A stretch of 64,000 nucleotides of DNA from Oscillospiraceae bacterium. Its GTDB lineage: Bacteria > Bacteroidota > Bacteroidia > Bacteroidales > WCHB1-69. The position numbers and the translations under genes were made by a program. Below the pieces are notes generated by a model. The model saw nothing but the letters and a program-made list of their open reading frames with translations, did not search any database and was not told the DNA's origin. Each line of letters begins with the position of its first letter. The stretch's first letter is position 1. Positions 1-9,828 of the stretch are shown here, piece after piece. Location of the stretch: positions 3,552 through 67,551 of the forward strand of contig CAVCMI010000037.1 of NCBI GenBank assembly GCA_963603365.1, read 5' to 3'.

Positions 1-2043
1 GGTGACGTTGGCATTAAAGCCGGCGTTGATGTCCATCTCCAGCGTTTTGAACTGGTTGCGGCACTGCATGGTGTCTTGTCCTTGTGTTATGTTGATGTTG
101 GTGGCTGACGCAGTGGTGTAGCTGGCGGTGTCGGCAAAGGTGACGTCCGTGAGGGTTATGAGTCTCGATTCGTATTGGGCATACATGCTCTTCACGGAGG
201 CGATGTCGGCCAAAACGGGGGCTACGGTGCCGGTGTTTCCGGAGGCGGCGCCGAGGTTGCGGGTGGGCACCAGTTCGGTGAGGCCGCGGTAGATCGTGCA
301 GGTGCCATATACGCCGCCGCTGATGACGTCGCCCTCGGTGTAGGTGCCGTCAAGGATGTTGCTTTGGTCATATACCAACAGACCGCCCGTGGCGTCCTGG
401 ATGTAGAAGTTCTTGCCGTTTCTGAACACAAAGGTCACGTCGCCCGTGATTTTGTAAACGGTGGTGTTGGTTTCGGTGTTGGCGGCCTTGAAAGCGGCGA
501 TGTCAGCCACGGTGACCGGGAAGGTGTAGGAAGCCTCTGTGACGTCGCTGGCGAAACTGCCTGTCTTGTAGGCAATGGCCTTGACGGTGGCGTTGGCGGT
601 CAGGGCAAAGGGTGCCGTATAGCGTGTGCCGGCGCTGTCGGGCTGTGTGCCGTCGAGGGTGTAGAAGATGACGGCGTCCTGCGTGGCGCAGGTGATGCTG
701 ACGTTGACGGTGTCGTAATAGAAACCGGCTGCCGGTGCGATGACAGGGTTTGCCACTGCGTCGGAAATGCCGCTCACGACGGCGATGTCGTCAATCTCCC
801 AGGCGGCAGCGCTTGCCGAGTCGCAAGTATAAACAAAGGCGATGTGCAACGGTGCGGTGGCGTTGATGTTGACGGCTCCCGAGGGAGTCCAGGTGAAGTT
901 GCCCGTTGACCATGCTGCCGCGGCGGTGAGGTCAGTCCAGGTGGCGGCGGCGGGGTTGCCGGCGCCGCTGTAGTCGGTGGAGTATTTCAGCTGAACGGCA
1001 GGGCCGTTGTATCTGGTGGCAGAACGGAACGAGAGCGAAATGCCGCCGTCAGCCGACTGCGGCGTGATTTGCGGGGTGATGAGCCAGTCTTCATTCACGC
1101 CTTTGTTGTAACCGTTGGCGTAAGCGTAGTGGTTTCCGCTGTAAGAAGCCACATTCCAAAGCTGGATCGTGTCGTTGACGCTGTAGGTGGTCATTGTGCC
1201 GAAGGTGTCAGCCTCAAAATCCTGGAAGAAGAGGATGGTGTCGTTGGAGAAGACGAGGCTTTTGGCGGTGACGCTGCTGTTGGCAAGGCCGCTCTTGATG
1301 CCGACGGCTTTCACGGTGGCGTTGGCCGATAGGGTGAATGGCGCCGTGTAGAGGGTGGCGGAGTCTGACGGGTTGCTGCCGTCAAGGGTGTAATAGATGG
1401 CGGCGCTGTCGGTGGTGGTGCTGATGCTGACCGTGGCTGTACCGTAGTAGGTGCCGTTGACGGATCTGCCCGCAACCGTGATGACCGGGGCGGCCACCTC
1501 GGTGGCGGTTGCCGGGACAACCGTGATGGCGACGTTGTCGATGACCAGGTGCCCGTCGGCAGCAACGGTGCTTTTCAGAGAGAAGATGAACTCTGCGTCA
1601 GCGGCGGTATGAGTAGCCGTAACCGTGTCGGTGATGCACTGGTAGGCGGCAGAGTTGATGCTATGGTATTCGTTGTAGTCAGAATAGCCGCCGCCGCTCC
1701 TGCCGTCATACAGCGCCGTTCTGATGTCGCCGTGCCCTTTGACGTAGTAAGTGATGAGATACTGCACGCTGGAGTCAACGGCAATGGCCTGCGTGGTGAA
1801 ACGTTTGTGCCCGGTTCCGGTGTTCGCCAGCTGGCAGGCGTAGCTCCCTTGATAGGCAGCGGTGCTCTGCTGGATGTTGGATGCCGACAAATTTGTTTTG
1901 GAGCCTTTCCAGCCGTCGGGCAGGCTGTTGGTCCATGTCTCAAATCCCCCGTTGAGGTTGATCTGTGCAAATCCCGGGAGAGAGATGCTCAACAGCATCA
2001 TCATCGATGCTGCTTTTTTACAGAAAGTGTGAATCTTTTTCAT
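1..2043 (-). CDS. Secreted multidomain cell-surface protein, N-terminal 681 codons only (gene runs off the left edge). It has a signal peptide, a CBM-like N-domain, two chitobiase/hexosaminidase-C-type (Fn3-associated) repeats and a choice-of-anchor-J-like domain.
   Basis: My own minus-strand translation from the ATG at 2043-2041 stays open to position 1. The gene is absent from the ORF track because no stop lies in the window. It begins MKKIHTFCKKAASMMMLLSISLPGFAQINLNGGFETW. Repeated modules are AIYYTLDGSNPSDSATLYTAPFTLSANATVKAVGIK and VIFYTLDGTQPDSAGTRYTAPFALTANATVKAIAYK. The segment WNVASYSGNHYAYANGYNKGVNEDWLITP resembles choice-of-anchor J. The + ORF 175..909 is its antisense shadow. Confidence 0.8.
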   Translation of the reverse strand, partial: MKKIHTFCKKAASMMMLLSISLPGFAQINLNGGFETWTNSLPDGWKGSKTNLSASNIQQSTAAYQGSYACQLANTGTGHKRFTTQAIAVDSSVQYLITYYVKGHGDIRTALYDGRSGGGYSDYNEYHSINSAAYQCITDTVTATHTAADAEFIFSLKSTVAADGHLVIDNVAITVVPATATEVAAPVITVAGRSVNGTYYGTATVSISTTTDSAAIYYTLDGSNPSDSATLYTAPFTLSANATVKAVGIKSGLANSSVTAKSLVFSNDTILFFQDFEADTFGTMTTYSVNDTIQLWNVASYSGNHYAYANGYNKGVNEDWLITPQITPQSADGGISLSFRSATRYNGPAVQLKYSTDYSGAGNPAAATWTDLTAAAAWSTGNFTWTPSGAVNINATAPLHIAFVYTCDSASAAAWEIDDIAVVSGISDAVANPVIAPAAGFYYDTVNVSITCATQDAVIFYTLDGTQPDSAGTRYTAPFALTANATVKAIAYKTGSFASDVTEASYTFPVTVADIAAFKAANTETNTTVYKITGDVTFVFRNGKNFYIQDATGGLLVYDQSNILDGTYTEGDVISGGVYGTCTIYRGLTELVPTRNLGAASGNTGTVAPVLADIASVKSMYAQYESRLITLTDVTFADTASYTTASATNINITQGQDTMQCRNQFKTLEMDINAGFNANVT

Positions 2044-2103
2044 TTTTTTTGTTGTTGAAATGTTTATGTATGAAATATTACGCAAAATGACTGTCCTTTT
2101 GTT

Positions 2104-3225
2104 TTACCTGCTGCTTTCCTTGTAGCTGAGCACGGCGCCGGTGTTGATGATGACGGCCATGACCGCCAACACGACCGTCTCTTTCTGCACGCTGGCGAAC
2201 TCGCTGCCTTTGAGGATGATTTTCTTGATGACTTCAATATAGAACGACATAGGGTTGAGGTAATTGATGCGGTGCGCCCATTCGGGCATTCCTTCAGAAG
2301 GGGTGAACACGCCGCTGAGCAGCACGAACACGATGAACAGGAAGAGCACGATGAACATCGACTGCAACTGATTCTCGGAAACGCTGGAGATGAAGAAGCC
2401 AAGCCCTAACATGACAAGCAGGTAGATGGCGGTGATGCCCAGCAGCAAAGGGATGCTCCCCTGCACCGAGATGCCGAACACGAACTTCATGATGACCAGC
2501 CCGGCGACGAACTCCAACATGCCCAAGAGCCAGAACGGGATCATCTTGCCCGTCAGGAACTGCCACCGTTTGATGGGGGTGACATTGACCTGCTCGATGG
2601 TGCCGATTTCCTTTTCGCGTACAAGGTTGAGCGCCGTGACGTAGCAGCCTATCAGCGTGACCAGGATGACGAGTATGCCCGGGACAATCAGGTTCTTGTA
2701 GTTCATCTGCTCGTTGTACCAGTATATGTTGGAGATGTTGACGTTGGCCGGCACCTGCTTGATGTTGCCCGAAGCATAGTCGGCGACGAACTCCTGTATG
2801 TGGCGGCCGATGATTTCCTGCACATAGCCGGTGCCGATGCCCGCCTTTACGCTGTTGATGGCATTGGCGGTGATCGCAATCCGCGTGGGCTCGTTGCTGA
2901 ACAGGCTCTTCTCGAGGTCGGCCGGAAACTCTACCAAAAGGTCAATCTTGTCGTGCCTCATCAGCTCGTCGGCTTCGTCCTTGCAGTTGATCAGGCCGTG
3001 CGAGATGAAGAGGTCGGAAGCGTTGAAACTGTTGATGATGTCGCCCGATATGCCTGAACGGTCGTTGTCGATGAAGGCGATGTCCAGCACTTTGATCTCA
3101 TAGTCGGCGCAGAACGGGAAAAGCATGAACTCCGCCATCGGGGCAATTACCAAGATGCTGAGCAGCAGGGGATTCCTGAAGACCTGCAAAAACTCTTTCT
3201 TGATGAGGATAAGGATGATTCTCAT
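2104..3225 (-). CDS. ABC-2 type transporter permease
   Basis: 373 aa with an ATG start. It has an N-terminal TM (MRIILILIKKEFLQVFRNPLLL), a large extracytoplasmic loop and then five or more C-terminal TM segments, as in YbhS/YbhR-type permeases. It sits in an operon with a second permease, two ABC ATPases and HlyD. Confidence 0.85.
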   Translation of the reverse strand: MRIILILIKKEFLQVFRNPLLLSILVIAPMAEFMLFPFCADYEIKVLDIAFIDNDRSGISGDIINSFNASDLFISHGLINCKDEADELMRHDKIDLLVEFPADLEKSLFSNEPTRIAITANAINSVKAGIGTGYVQEIIGRHIQEFVADYASGNIKQVPANVNISNIYWYNEQMNYKNLIVPGILVILVTLIGCYVTALNLVREKEIGTIEQVNVTPIKRWQFLTGKMIPFWLLGMLEFVAGLVIMKFVFGISVQGSIPLLLGITAIYLLVMLGLGFFISSVSENQLQSMFIVLFLFIVFVLLSGVFTPSEGMPEWAHRINYLNPMSFYIEVIKKIILKGSEFASVQKETVVLAVMAVIINTGAVLSYKESSR

Positions 3226-3229
3226 AGTC

Positions 3230-4330
3230 TTAGTTCCTTTTGTCCAATCGTTTGATGCTGAAAAGAATGAATGCCACGGCCATGGCGAAAAGGATGAGCA
3301 GGTACATCCAGATGTCGGTGAAGCCGGACCCTTTGATCATGACGTCCTTGATGGACAGGATGAACCATTTGGCGGGGAACAGGTTTGCGATGACCTGAAA
3401 GAACAGAGGCATGCTGTTCAACGGGAACAGGAATCCGGAGAGCAGCACGGTAGGAAGAAACAGCCCCATCATGGTAATCATCATGGCATCCACCTGCGTG
3501 CGGCTGATGGAGGAGATGAGCATGCCGAACGAGGCGGCGGTAAGCATAAAGATGATGCAGAGCGCGAACAGCATGACCAAGTCGCCGTTTACAGGCATCT
3601 TGAAGACGGTGACGCTGATGACGATGATGGTGACGGTGCTGAGCAGCGATATGAGCATATACGGGATCACTTTCCCGATGATGATGTGGATTTTCTTCAC
3701 CGGCGTGATGAGGAGCATCTGCATGGTGCCGGTCTCTTTCTCGCGTGCCAGGGTGATGGAACTCATCAGCGCGGTCACCAGCACCATGATGAGGGTGATG
3801 ATGCCGGGCACGAACATATAGACGCTGTTCAACTCGGGGTTGTAGAGCATTTTTGCGGTGACTTGAAAGTCAGAGCTTTCGATGTCGCTGTTGTATTGCT
3901 CCGTGAAGCTGTAAACCACCGAACGCACGTAGTTGTTGAGGATGGAGGCCACGTTGAGGTCTGACACGTCGTTGATGACCTGAAGGGTGGCGTCGCGCTC
4001 TTTGGAGAGCGATTCCTCAAAGCGGGAGGGTATGATGATGGCCAGCTTGATGCCTTTGTTTTTGAAGTCATTGTCAATTTCCGCCTCGTTCTCGGGGTAA
4101 GAGACGATCTGGAAATAGCCGGAGGCGGAGAGGTCGTTGACCAGGATTTTTGACTGCGAGTCTTTGGCGAGGTCGAGCACCGATATTTTGGCGTTGCGGA
4201 TGTCGGTGCTGATGGTGAAGCCGAAGAGCAGCACCAGCGCCACAGGCATGGCCAGCACCAGTGCGAGTGTGATCTTGTCACGGATGATGTGGATGAACTC
4301 TTTCTTCAATATGATTCGCAGTTCTTTCAT
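3230..4330 (-). CDS. ABC-2 type transporter permease (paralogue of the downstream gene)
   Basis: 366 aa with the same architecture (MKELRIILKKEFIHIIRDKITL, then a loop and a C-terminal TM bundle). A 4-nt gap separates it from the next gene. Confidence 0.85.
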   Translation of the reverse strand: MKELRIILKKEFIHIIRDKITLALVLAMPVALVLLFGFTISTDIRNAKISVLDLAKDSQSKILVNDLSASGYFQIVSYPENEAEIDNDFKNKGIKLAIIIPSRFEESLSKERDATLQVINDVSDLNVASILNNYVRSVVYSFTEQYNSDIESSDFQVTAKMLYNPELNSVYMFVPGIITLIMVLVTALMSSITLAREKETGTMQMLLITPVKKIHIIIGKVIPYMLISLLSTVTIIVISVTVFKMPVNGDLVMLFALCIIFMLTAASFGMLISSISRTQVDAMMITMMGLFLPTVLLSGFLFPLNSMPLFFQVIANLFPAKWFILSIKDVMIKGSGFTDIWMYLLILFAMAVAFILFSIKRLDKRN

Positions 4331-4339
4331 CAGTTTGGC

Positions 4340-5059
4340 TTATCGTTTCACGAATTTGACAAAGACATCGTTGATGGTTTCGGCGCCGGTTCGGGCTTTG
4401 ATCTCGTCAGGGGTGCCGATGATCTTGATCTGGCCGTCGGTCATGATGGAGATGCGGTTGCAGTATTCCGCCTCGTCCATATAGTGGGTGGTCACCAGGA
4501 TGGTGACGCCGCGGGAGGCGGCCTGGTAGATGAGTTTCCAGAACTCGCGGCGCACGATAGGGTCCACGCCCGAGGTGGGCTCGTCGAGGAAGACGATGTG
4601 GGGCCGGTGCAGGATGGCGGTGGCAAATGCCAGCTTTTGTTTCCAGCCCAGCGGGATGGCGTTCACAAGGGTGTTGGCCTGCTTGTCCATGTTGAGTTCG
4701 GCAAGGCTGCCCATGATCCGTTCCTTCAGTTCTTTGCGCGGGATGCGGTAGATGGTGCCGAACAGCTGCATGTTCTCGAATACGGTCAAATCGCCATAGA
4801 GCGAGAAGCGCTGGCTCATGTAGCCGATGTTGCGCTTGATGAGTTTCGACTGCGTGAGGATGTCATAGCCCGCGATGGTCGCGGTGCCGGAGGTGGGCTG
4901 CAGCAGCCCGCTCATCATCTTGATGGCCGTGGTCTTGCCGGCGCCGTTGGCTCCGAGAAAGCCGAAGATCTCACCTTTTTTCACCTGAAAGGAGATGTGG
5001 TCAACAGCGGTGAAATTGCCGAATTGCTTGGTGAGCCGGTTCGCCTCGATGCTGTACAT
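4340..5059 (-). CDS. ABC transporter ATP-binding protein
   Basis: Walker A is GFLGANGAGKTT and Walker B is IVFLDEPTSGVD. The signature motif is degenerate (PLGWKQKLAF rather than LSGGxxQ). Confidence 0.9.
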   Translation of the reverse strand: MYSIEANRLTKQFGNFTAVDHISFQVKKGEIFGFLGANGAGKTTAIKMMSGLLQPTSGTATIAGYDILTQSKLIKRNIGYMSQRFSLYGDLTVFENMQLFGTIYRIPRKELKERIMGSLAELNMDKQANTLVNAIPLGWKQKLAFATAILHRPHIVFLDEPTSGVDPIVRREFWKLIYQAASRGVTILVTTHYMDEAEYCNRISIMTDGQIKIIGTPDEIKARTGAETINDVFVKFVKR

Positions 5060-5062
5060 GTC

Positions 5063-5980
5063 CTATTTCATTTTTACGATTTCAATGAAGCAGTCTTCTA
5101 CGGAGGGACTGATGGCGACAAGCTCTTCGTGGCGCAGCCCGTTGTCCTGCAGGAACCGTTCAAAGGTGGGCAGCGCAGTGTCAAGGCTGTCGTAAAAGGC
5201 AATGTGGCAGTTGTCGCCGTAGGGGTAATAGTTGCAGTTGAGCGGACAGCGCTCCATGGCGGAAAGCAGCGCGAAGATGTTGTCGCAACGGAAGGTGAAC
5301 AATTTCCCCTTGAAGTTCCGGATGAATGTGCCGGGCGGGTTGATGCCGATGATCCTCCCGTCCTGCACCAGCGCGATGCGGTCACAACGGGTGGCTTCGT
5401 CCATATAAGGCGTGGACACCATTACGGTGATGCCTTCGTGCCGTATGGATTTCAAGATGTCCCAGAACTCTTTGCGCGACACGGGGTCCACGCCGGTGGT
5501 GGGCTCGTCGAGGAAAAGGATCCGCGGACGGTGTATCAAGGCACAGCACAAGGCCAGCTTCTGCTTCATGCCGCCGGAGAGTTTCCCCGCCTTGCGGCCC
5601 TTGAATGGCGACAGCTGGTTCCAGATGGGACGAATCAGGTCCATGTTCTCCTCGATGCCGCTTTTGTACATCACGGCAAAGAAGGTCAGGTTCTCCTCCA
5701 CGCTGAGGTCAGGGTAGAGCGAGAAGGTGCCCGGCAGGTAGCCGATGACCTGCCGCACCGCCTTGTAGTCGCGGATCACGTCCATGCCGAAGACGGAAAG
5801 CGTGCCGCTGTCTGGCAGCAGCAGGGTGGTGAGGATATTGAAGAGGGTTGACTTGCCCGCACCGTCGGGGCCCACCAGCCCGAACACCTCCCCCTCGGCC
5901 ACTTCAAGGCTGACGTTGTCCAGCGCGACAGTCTTGCCTTCGTATGTCTTGTTTACGGCCTGGATGGAGATAGCGTTCAT
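5063..5980 (-). CDS. ABC transporter ATP-binding protein
   Basis: Walker A is GLVGPDGAGKST, the signature is LSGGMKQKLAL and Walker B is ILFLDEPTTGVD. There is an extra C-terminal domain of about 90 aa. Confidence 0.9.
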   Translation of the reverse strand: MNAISIQAVNKTYEGKTVALDNVSLEVAEGEVFGLVGPDGAGKSTLFNILTTLLLPDSGTLSVFGMDVIRDYKAVRQVIGYLPGTFSLYPDLSVEENLTFFAVMYKSGIEENMDLIRPIWNQLSPFKGRKAGKLSGGMKQKLALCCALIHRPRILFLDEPTTGVDPVSRKEFWDILKSIRHEGITVMVSTPYMDEATRCDRIALVQDGRIIGINPPGTFIRNFKGKLFTFRCDNIFALLSAMERCPLNCNYYPYGDNCHIAFYDSLDTALPTFERFLQDNGLRHEELVAISPSVEDCFIEIVKMK

Positions 5981-6007
5981 TTTTTCGGCATTCGTAAGTG
6001 TGTTCTG

Positions 6008-6970
6008 CTATTTGAAAAGTACATCGCCCGGCATGCCGATCTTGGCTGAACCGTCGTTCTTGAAACTCACCTTGACGGCATAGACCAGATTGGCGCGCTC
6101 GTCTTTGGTCTGTATCATCTTGGGGGTGAACTCTGCCTTGGGCGAAATCCAGGATATGGTGCCCGGCAGCCTTATCTCTTCGCCGGCTTTGTTGTCAAGC
6201 CGCACCACGGCGCTTTGCCCGAGTTTTACGGTTGAGAGGGCATCTTCGGTGATGTAGACCTTGATGAACATGTTGGTGAGGTCGGCGATTTTGAAAAGCG
6301 GCTTGCCTTGGTAGGCCAGTTCGTTCTCTTCAATGTACTTGTTGATGATGGTGCCCGTGATGGGGGCTTTGATGCGGCAGTTTGCCAGCGCATGCTCCAG
6401 TTGCTTGAGCTGGAAGCGCATGGCTTCAACCTCCTCCGACAGCGAATGGTTCTGGGTGGCGATGTTCGACTTGGCGGCGGCTATCTGGCTCTCGGTGATA
6501 ATGATCTCGGCCTGAATGTCGTCAAGCTGTTTTGTGGAGGCGGCGTTGGCCTCGATCAGCTTGCTGACTCGCTGCTTCTCTTTGTTGAGCGTCGAGAGCT
6601 TGTCTTCCAGCACGCGGGTCTGCGATGACTCGTCAGGACGGCGGGCAAGCGTGGCGTTGATGGACGACTCAAGCTGCTTGATCTGTAAGTATGTCTGGAA
6701 TGTGTCAATGCAGCCCAGTACAGTGCCGGCCTCGTAGGTCTCACCCTCTTTGATGTTGAAAGAGAGCATCTTGCCGTTCCCCTCCGACGACACGATGATT
6801 TCTGTGGCTTCACAGACGCCGTAGGCATCGGCGTCGTCTTTGTTTTTTTTGCATCCGGCCAGTAGAAGTACGCATACCATCGCAGCCAAAACGGCAGTCT
6901 TGGAAAACCTGAACACGCAGACTGTGTTTTTCATAATCGTCCCTGTAACGTTGTTGATATTATAACTCAT
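6008..6970 (-). CDS. HlyD-family membrane fusion / periplasmic adaptor lipoprotein
   Basis: The signal and lipobox are VCVLLLAGC. A central coiled coil (QIKQLESSINA ... QAEIIITESQIAAAKSNI) and a C-terminal beta-barrel region follow. It is the first gene of the ABC exporter operon. An alternative ATG at 6934 (MKNTVCVF) is possible. Confidence 0.85.
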   Translation of the reverse strand: MSYNINNVTGTIMKNTVCVFRFSKTAVLAAMVCVLLLAGCKKNKDDADAYGVCEATEIIVSSEGNGKMLSFNIKEGETYEAGTVLGCIDTFQTYLQIKQLESSINATLARRPDESSQTRVLEDKLSTLNKEKQRVSKLIEANAASTKQLDDIQAEIIITESQIAAAKSNIATQNHSLSEEVEAMRFQLKQLEHALANCRIKAPITGTIINKYIEENELAYQGKPLFKIADLTNMFIKVYITEDALSTVKLGQSAVVRLDNKAGEEIRLPGTISWISPKAEFTPKMIQTKDERANLVYAVKVSFKNDGSAKIGMPGDVLFK

Positions 6971-7030
6971 TATGTTTTAAATGTTTAGTTGAAACTGGCA
7001 ATTGCATTTACAACCACTTTAAAACGAGTG

Positions 7031-7038
7031 CAAAGGTA
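7031..7038 (-). promoter_or_regulatory. Bacteroidetes -7 box (reverse complement TACCTTTG, TAnnTTTG consensus) upstream of the HlyD/ABC operon
   Basis: caaaggta on the + strand, about 60 nt upstream of the 6970 start. Confidence 0.4.
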
Positions 7039-7113
7039 TTCTTTTTTTCGGAACGGCAGCGGTTGCAGATTCGGGCGTCCCGGCAGCCGATGCCCATGCA
7101 TGTCAATGACAAA

Positions 7114-7141
7114 GGAAAGCCCCGCCGCGGCGGGGCTTTCC
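7114..7141 (-). terminator. Hairpin terminator downstream of gcvT
   Basis: Perfect 13-bp palindrome ggaaagccccgcc/ggcggggctttcc, followed on the minus strand by TTTG. It lies 47 nt after the gcvT stop. Confidence 0.6.
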
Positions 7142-7187
7142 TGGACATTTAAACTTCAAAAATTATGAAAAATGACAAATTGCAGTC

Positions 7188-8285
7188 TTATTGTTCACCT
7201 TTATAGAACGGCATTTTCACGGTCACGGCCTTAAGGAGGCGTTCGCGGACCTTGATGAAGATCTCAGTGCCCGACTTGGCGAATTCTTTCTTGATGAGGG
7301 CGGTGCCGATGCCTTTGTTGACAGACGGGCCGAAAGTACCGGAACGGACTTCGCCGATTGTATTCCCTTCGGCGTCGCATACTTCGTAGCCGTTTCTCGG
7401 AATGCCGCGGTCGATCATTTCAAACCCCGTGATTCTGCGGGTGAGGCCGTTGGCTTTGAGGTCTTCCATGAATTTGCGGTCGATGAAGTCTTTGCCGTCC
7501 ACGAATTTGGTGATCCAGCCCAGACCGGCTTCAATGGGGGAGATGGTGTCGTCTATCTCGTGGCCATAGAGGCAGAATCCCATCTCAAGACGCAGCGTGT
7601 CGCGTGCGCCAAGGCCGATCGGCTTGATGTCGAACTCTTTGCCGGCCTCAAACACGGCGTCCCAAATTTTGAGGGCCACCTCGTTGGGGAAGTAGATCTC
7701 GCATCCGCCCGACCCCGTGTATCCCGTTGTGGAGAAGAGGATGTTGTCGATGCCGGCGAAGGTGATGATCTTGTTGGTGTAGTATTCCATGTCAACGACG
7801 TTGGCGTCCGTGAGTTTCTGCATGGCTTTCAGCGCCAGCGGGCCTTGCACGGCCAGTTGGGATATGCTGTCGGAGATGTTGGCGATCTCGGCCCCGAATG
7901 CCTTGTTCTGCTCTACTACCCAAGCCCAGTCTTTGTCGATGTTGGCTGCATTCACCACGAGCAGGTAGTCTTCATCATGCAGGTTATAGACCAGCAGGTC
8001 GTCAACCACGCCGCCTTTGCCGTTGGGGAAGCAGGAGTACTGCACTTTGCCGGGATAGAGGGCGGCCACATCATTGGTGGTGATGTGCTGCAGGAAAGGA
8101 AGAGCCTTGGGTCCCTTGACGGTGAACTCGCCCATGTGCGACACGTCGAAGACGCCGACTTTGGTTCTTACTTGAATGTGCTCTTCGGGGATGCTGCCGT
8201 ATTGGATGGGCATGTAGTATCCGGCAAATTCCATCATTTTGGCACCTGATTTCTCGTGCGTGGCTCTGAATATGGTTTCTTTCAT
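7188..8285 (-). CDS. gcvT: Glycine cleavage system aminomethyltransferase (T protein)
   Basis: 365 aa. [10 protein letters not shown] and [13 protein letters not shown] are typical GcvT motifs, and similarity runs the full length. Confidence 0.95.
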   Translation of the reverse strand: MKETIFRATHEKSGAKMMEFAGYYMPIQYGSIPEEHIQVRTKVGVFDVSHMGEFTVKGPKALPFLQHITTNDVAALYPGKVQYSCFPNGKGGVVDDLLVYNLHDEDYLLVVNAANIDKDWAWVVEQNKAFGAEIANISDSISQLAVQGPLALKAMQKLTDANVVDMEYYTNKIITFAGIDNILFSTTGYTGSGGCEIYFPNEVALKIWDAVFEAGKEFDIKPIGLGARDTLRLEMGFCLYGHEIDDTISPIEAGLGWITKFVDGKDFIDRKFMEDLKANGLTRRITGFEMIDRGIPRNGYEVCDAEGNTIGEVRSGTFGPSVNKGIGTALIKKEFAKSGTEIFIKVRERLLKAVTVKMPFYKGEQ

Positions 8286-8351
8286 AAAGCGTATGGTTAT
8301 GTGTTGTAATTAGATTCTGTTCCGGAACAGTGCAGTTGCATTTGACGGCTG

Positions 8352-8359
8352 CAAAGATA
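8352..8359 (-). promoter_or_regulatory. -7 box (reverse complement TATCTTTG) for gcvT
   Basis: caaagata on the + strand, 67 nt upstream of the gcvT ATG. Confidence 0.4.
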
Positions 8360-8507
8360 CAATTTTATGGCAAGCACGGGAAATGATATTTCGGATAATC
8401 CTTTCGCCAATAAGTATGCCTAAAAGAACATGCAGACGCGCCCCCGATGGGTTAAGGCTCGAGAAATAGAGTCGTCCATTTGCTTTGCCGTCCGGGCCTG
8501 CCTGTTT

Positions 8508-9791
8508 CTATTTCTGTGTCATGATGTCGAGCACCAGGTTGTCGGTGGCTGCCATTCCCTTGATGCCGATGTTGGCCATGTTGAGCACGCATTTGTCCAC
8601 GCTGTCGTCGATGATGCCCTCCACAGAGGAGACGGTCTTGTCCTCGATGGCCAGCATTGCCGAAAGCACGGCAGTGGACACGCCGGTGGCGACTTTGAGC
8701 GAGCAGCTCGGCTTGGCCCCGTCGCAGATCATGCCCGTGATGTTCGCAATCATGTTTTTTACGGCGTAGGAGACCTCCCGGTAGCCTCCGCCCATCAGGT
8801 AGGTGAGCCCGCAGGCGGACCCGGTGGCGGCCACCACACAGCCGCAGAGCGGCGAGAGCCTTCCGAAACTCTGCTTGATGTAGATGACCGCAAGATGACT
8901 GAGCGTCAGGGCGCGGATGAGTTTCTCTTCCGACTTCAGCCGCTCCTCGGCAAACACCCAGACGGGCAGCGTGGCCGCTATGCCTTGGTTGCCGCTGCCG
9001 GAGTTGCTCATGACCGGGATCTTGGCGCCGGCCATCCGCGCGTCGCACGCCGCCGAGGTGTAGGTGAGGATCTTGGCATAGATGCCGTTGCCGAAGAACA
9101 GCTGCGCCTCTGGCTGTATGAAGATGGTTTTGCCAAGCCCGTGGCCGTAGTCGCCCGTCAGCGCCAGCTCGGCGGCTTTCCGGTTCATGTCGGCAGTCGC
9201 CAGTATGAAACGGATGTCCTCGACAGGCGTTTCCATCGCAAAGTCATAGACGTCGCGCAAGGTCAGCGCCGGAACTTCCTCATTGCCTTTTTCTTCTTTG
9301 ACCCGGCTGTCGTCGAGCAGCACCTCGCCGTTCCTGGAGATGTGACTGAAGTGGGTGTGCTCGCCGCTGATGACCACCTTTGCCTTGTCGTCGCCGTTGT
9401 GGCTCACTACTTCAATGTACAGCTTTTCGTCGGTGTCTTTCTTCCGGGCAATCTGTATGCGCTGCTGGCGGATGAATTCCTTGCCTTGCTCCACGCTCTC
9501 CGGGGTGATGTCTTTCAGCACCTCAAGCCGGTATTCCGATTTCCCGACCAGCGCCCCGAGCGCAACGGCTATGGGCAACCCGACCATCCCCGTGCCCGGG
9601 ATGCCGACGCCCATGGCGTTCTTCAGCATATTGGCGCTCAGCGACACGATGATCTGTTTGGGCGTTCCGCCCAGCACCTCCTTGGATTTGGCGACGGCTA
9701 ACGCCACCGCCATGGGTTCTGTGCAACCGATGGCGGGCACTACCTCGTGCTTTATCAGGGCAATTATCTGTTTCTGAAGTTCAGGTGTCAT
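8508..9791 (-). CDS. UPF0597 / serine dehydratase alpha-subunit-like family protein (L-cysteine desulfidase-like)
   Basis: 427 aa. The N-terminus EVVPAIGCTEPMAVALAVA and the segments GNQGIAATLPV and CDGAKPSC are characteristic of the YhaM/UPF0597 family. Confidence 0.85.
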   Translation of the reverse strand: MTPELQKQIIALIKHEVVPAIGCTEPMAVALAVAKSKEVLGGTPKQIIVSLSANMLKNAMGVGIPGTGMVGLPIAVALGALVGKSEYRLEVLKDITPESVEQGKEFIRQQRIQIARKKDTDEKLYIEVVSHNGDDKAKVVISGEHTHFSHISRNGEVLLDDSRVKEEKGNEEVPALTLRDVYDFAMETPVEDIRFILATADMNRKAAELALTGDYGHGLGKTIFIQPEAQLFFGNGIYAKILTYTSAACDARMAGAKIPVMSNSGSGNQGIAATLPVWVFAEERLKSEEKLIRALTLSHLAVIYIKQSFGRLSPLCGCVVAATGSACGLTYLMGGGYREVSYAVKNMIANITGMICDGAKPSCSLKVATGVSTAVLSAMLAIEDKTVSSVEGIIDDSVDKCVLNMANIGIKGMAATDNLVLDIMTQK

Positions 9792-9828
9792 TTTCTGCGT
9801 AAAGAATAGGTTTTCCGAAAGGGAGCCA

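Noticed and set aside
175-909. Long + strand ORF (244 aa), Gly/Val/Ala/Asp-rich.
   Set aside because: It lies antisense to the clearly protein-like minus-strand surface-protein gene (1..2043). Its low-complexity composition is typical of shadow ORFs in GC-rich third-position-biased genes.
4289-5851. 520-aa + strand ORF. The same class includes 7191..8249, 8430..9701, 9886..10938, 27016..28014, 39007..39981, 47010..48158, 49100..50119 and 55840..56490 on the + strand, and 57333..58427, 59018..59587, 61815..62651 and 63296..63994 on the - strand.
   Set aside because: Each is fully antisense to a gene with unmistakable conserved motifs (ABC ATPases, gcvT, korB, lpxD, rocD, prfB and others). Each has a Gly/Asp/His/Arg/Val-rich composition with no recognisable domains.
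8286-8351. Glycine riboswitch in the gcvT leader.
   Set aside because: The leader is only about 60 nt after the -7 box, and I could not find the conserved glycine-aptamer core sequences.
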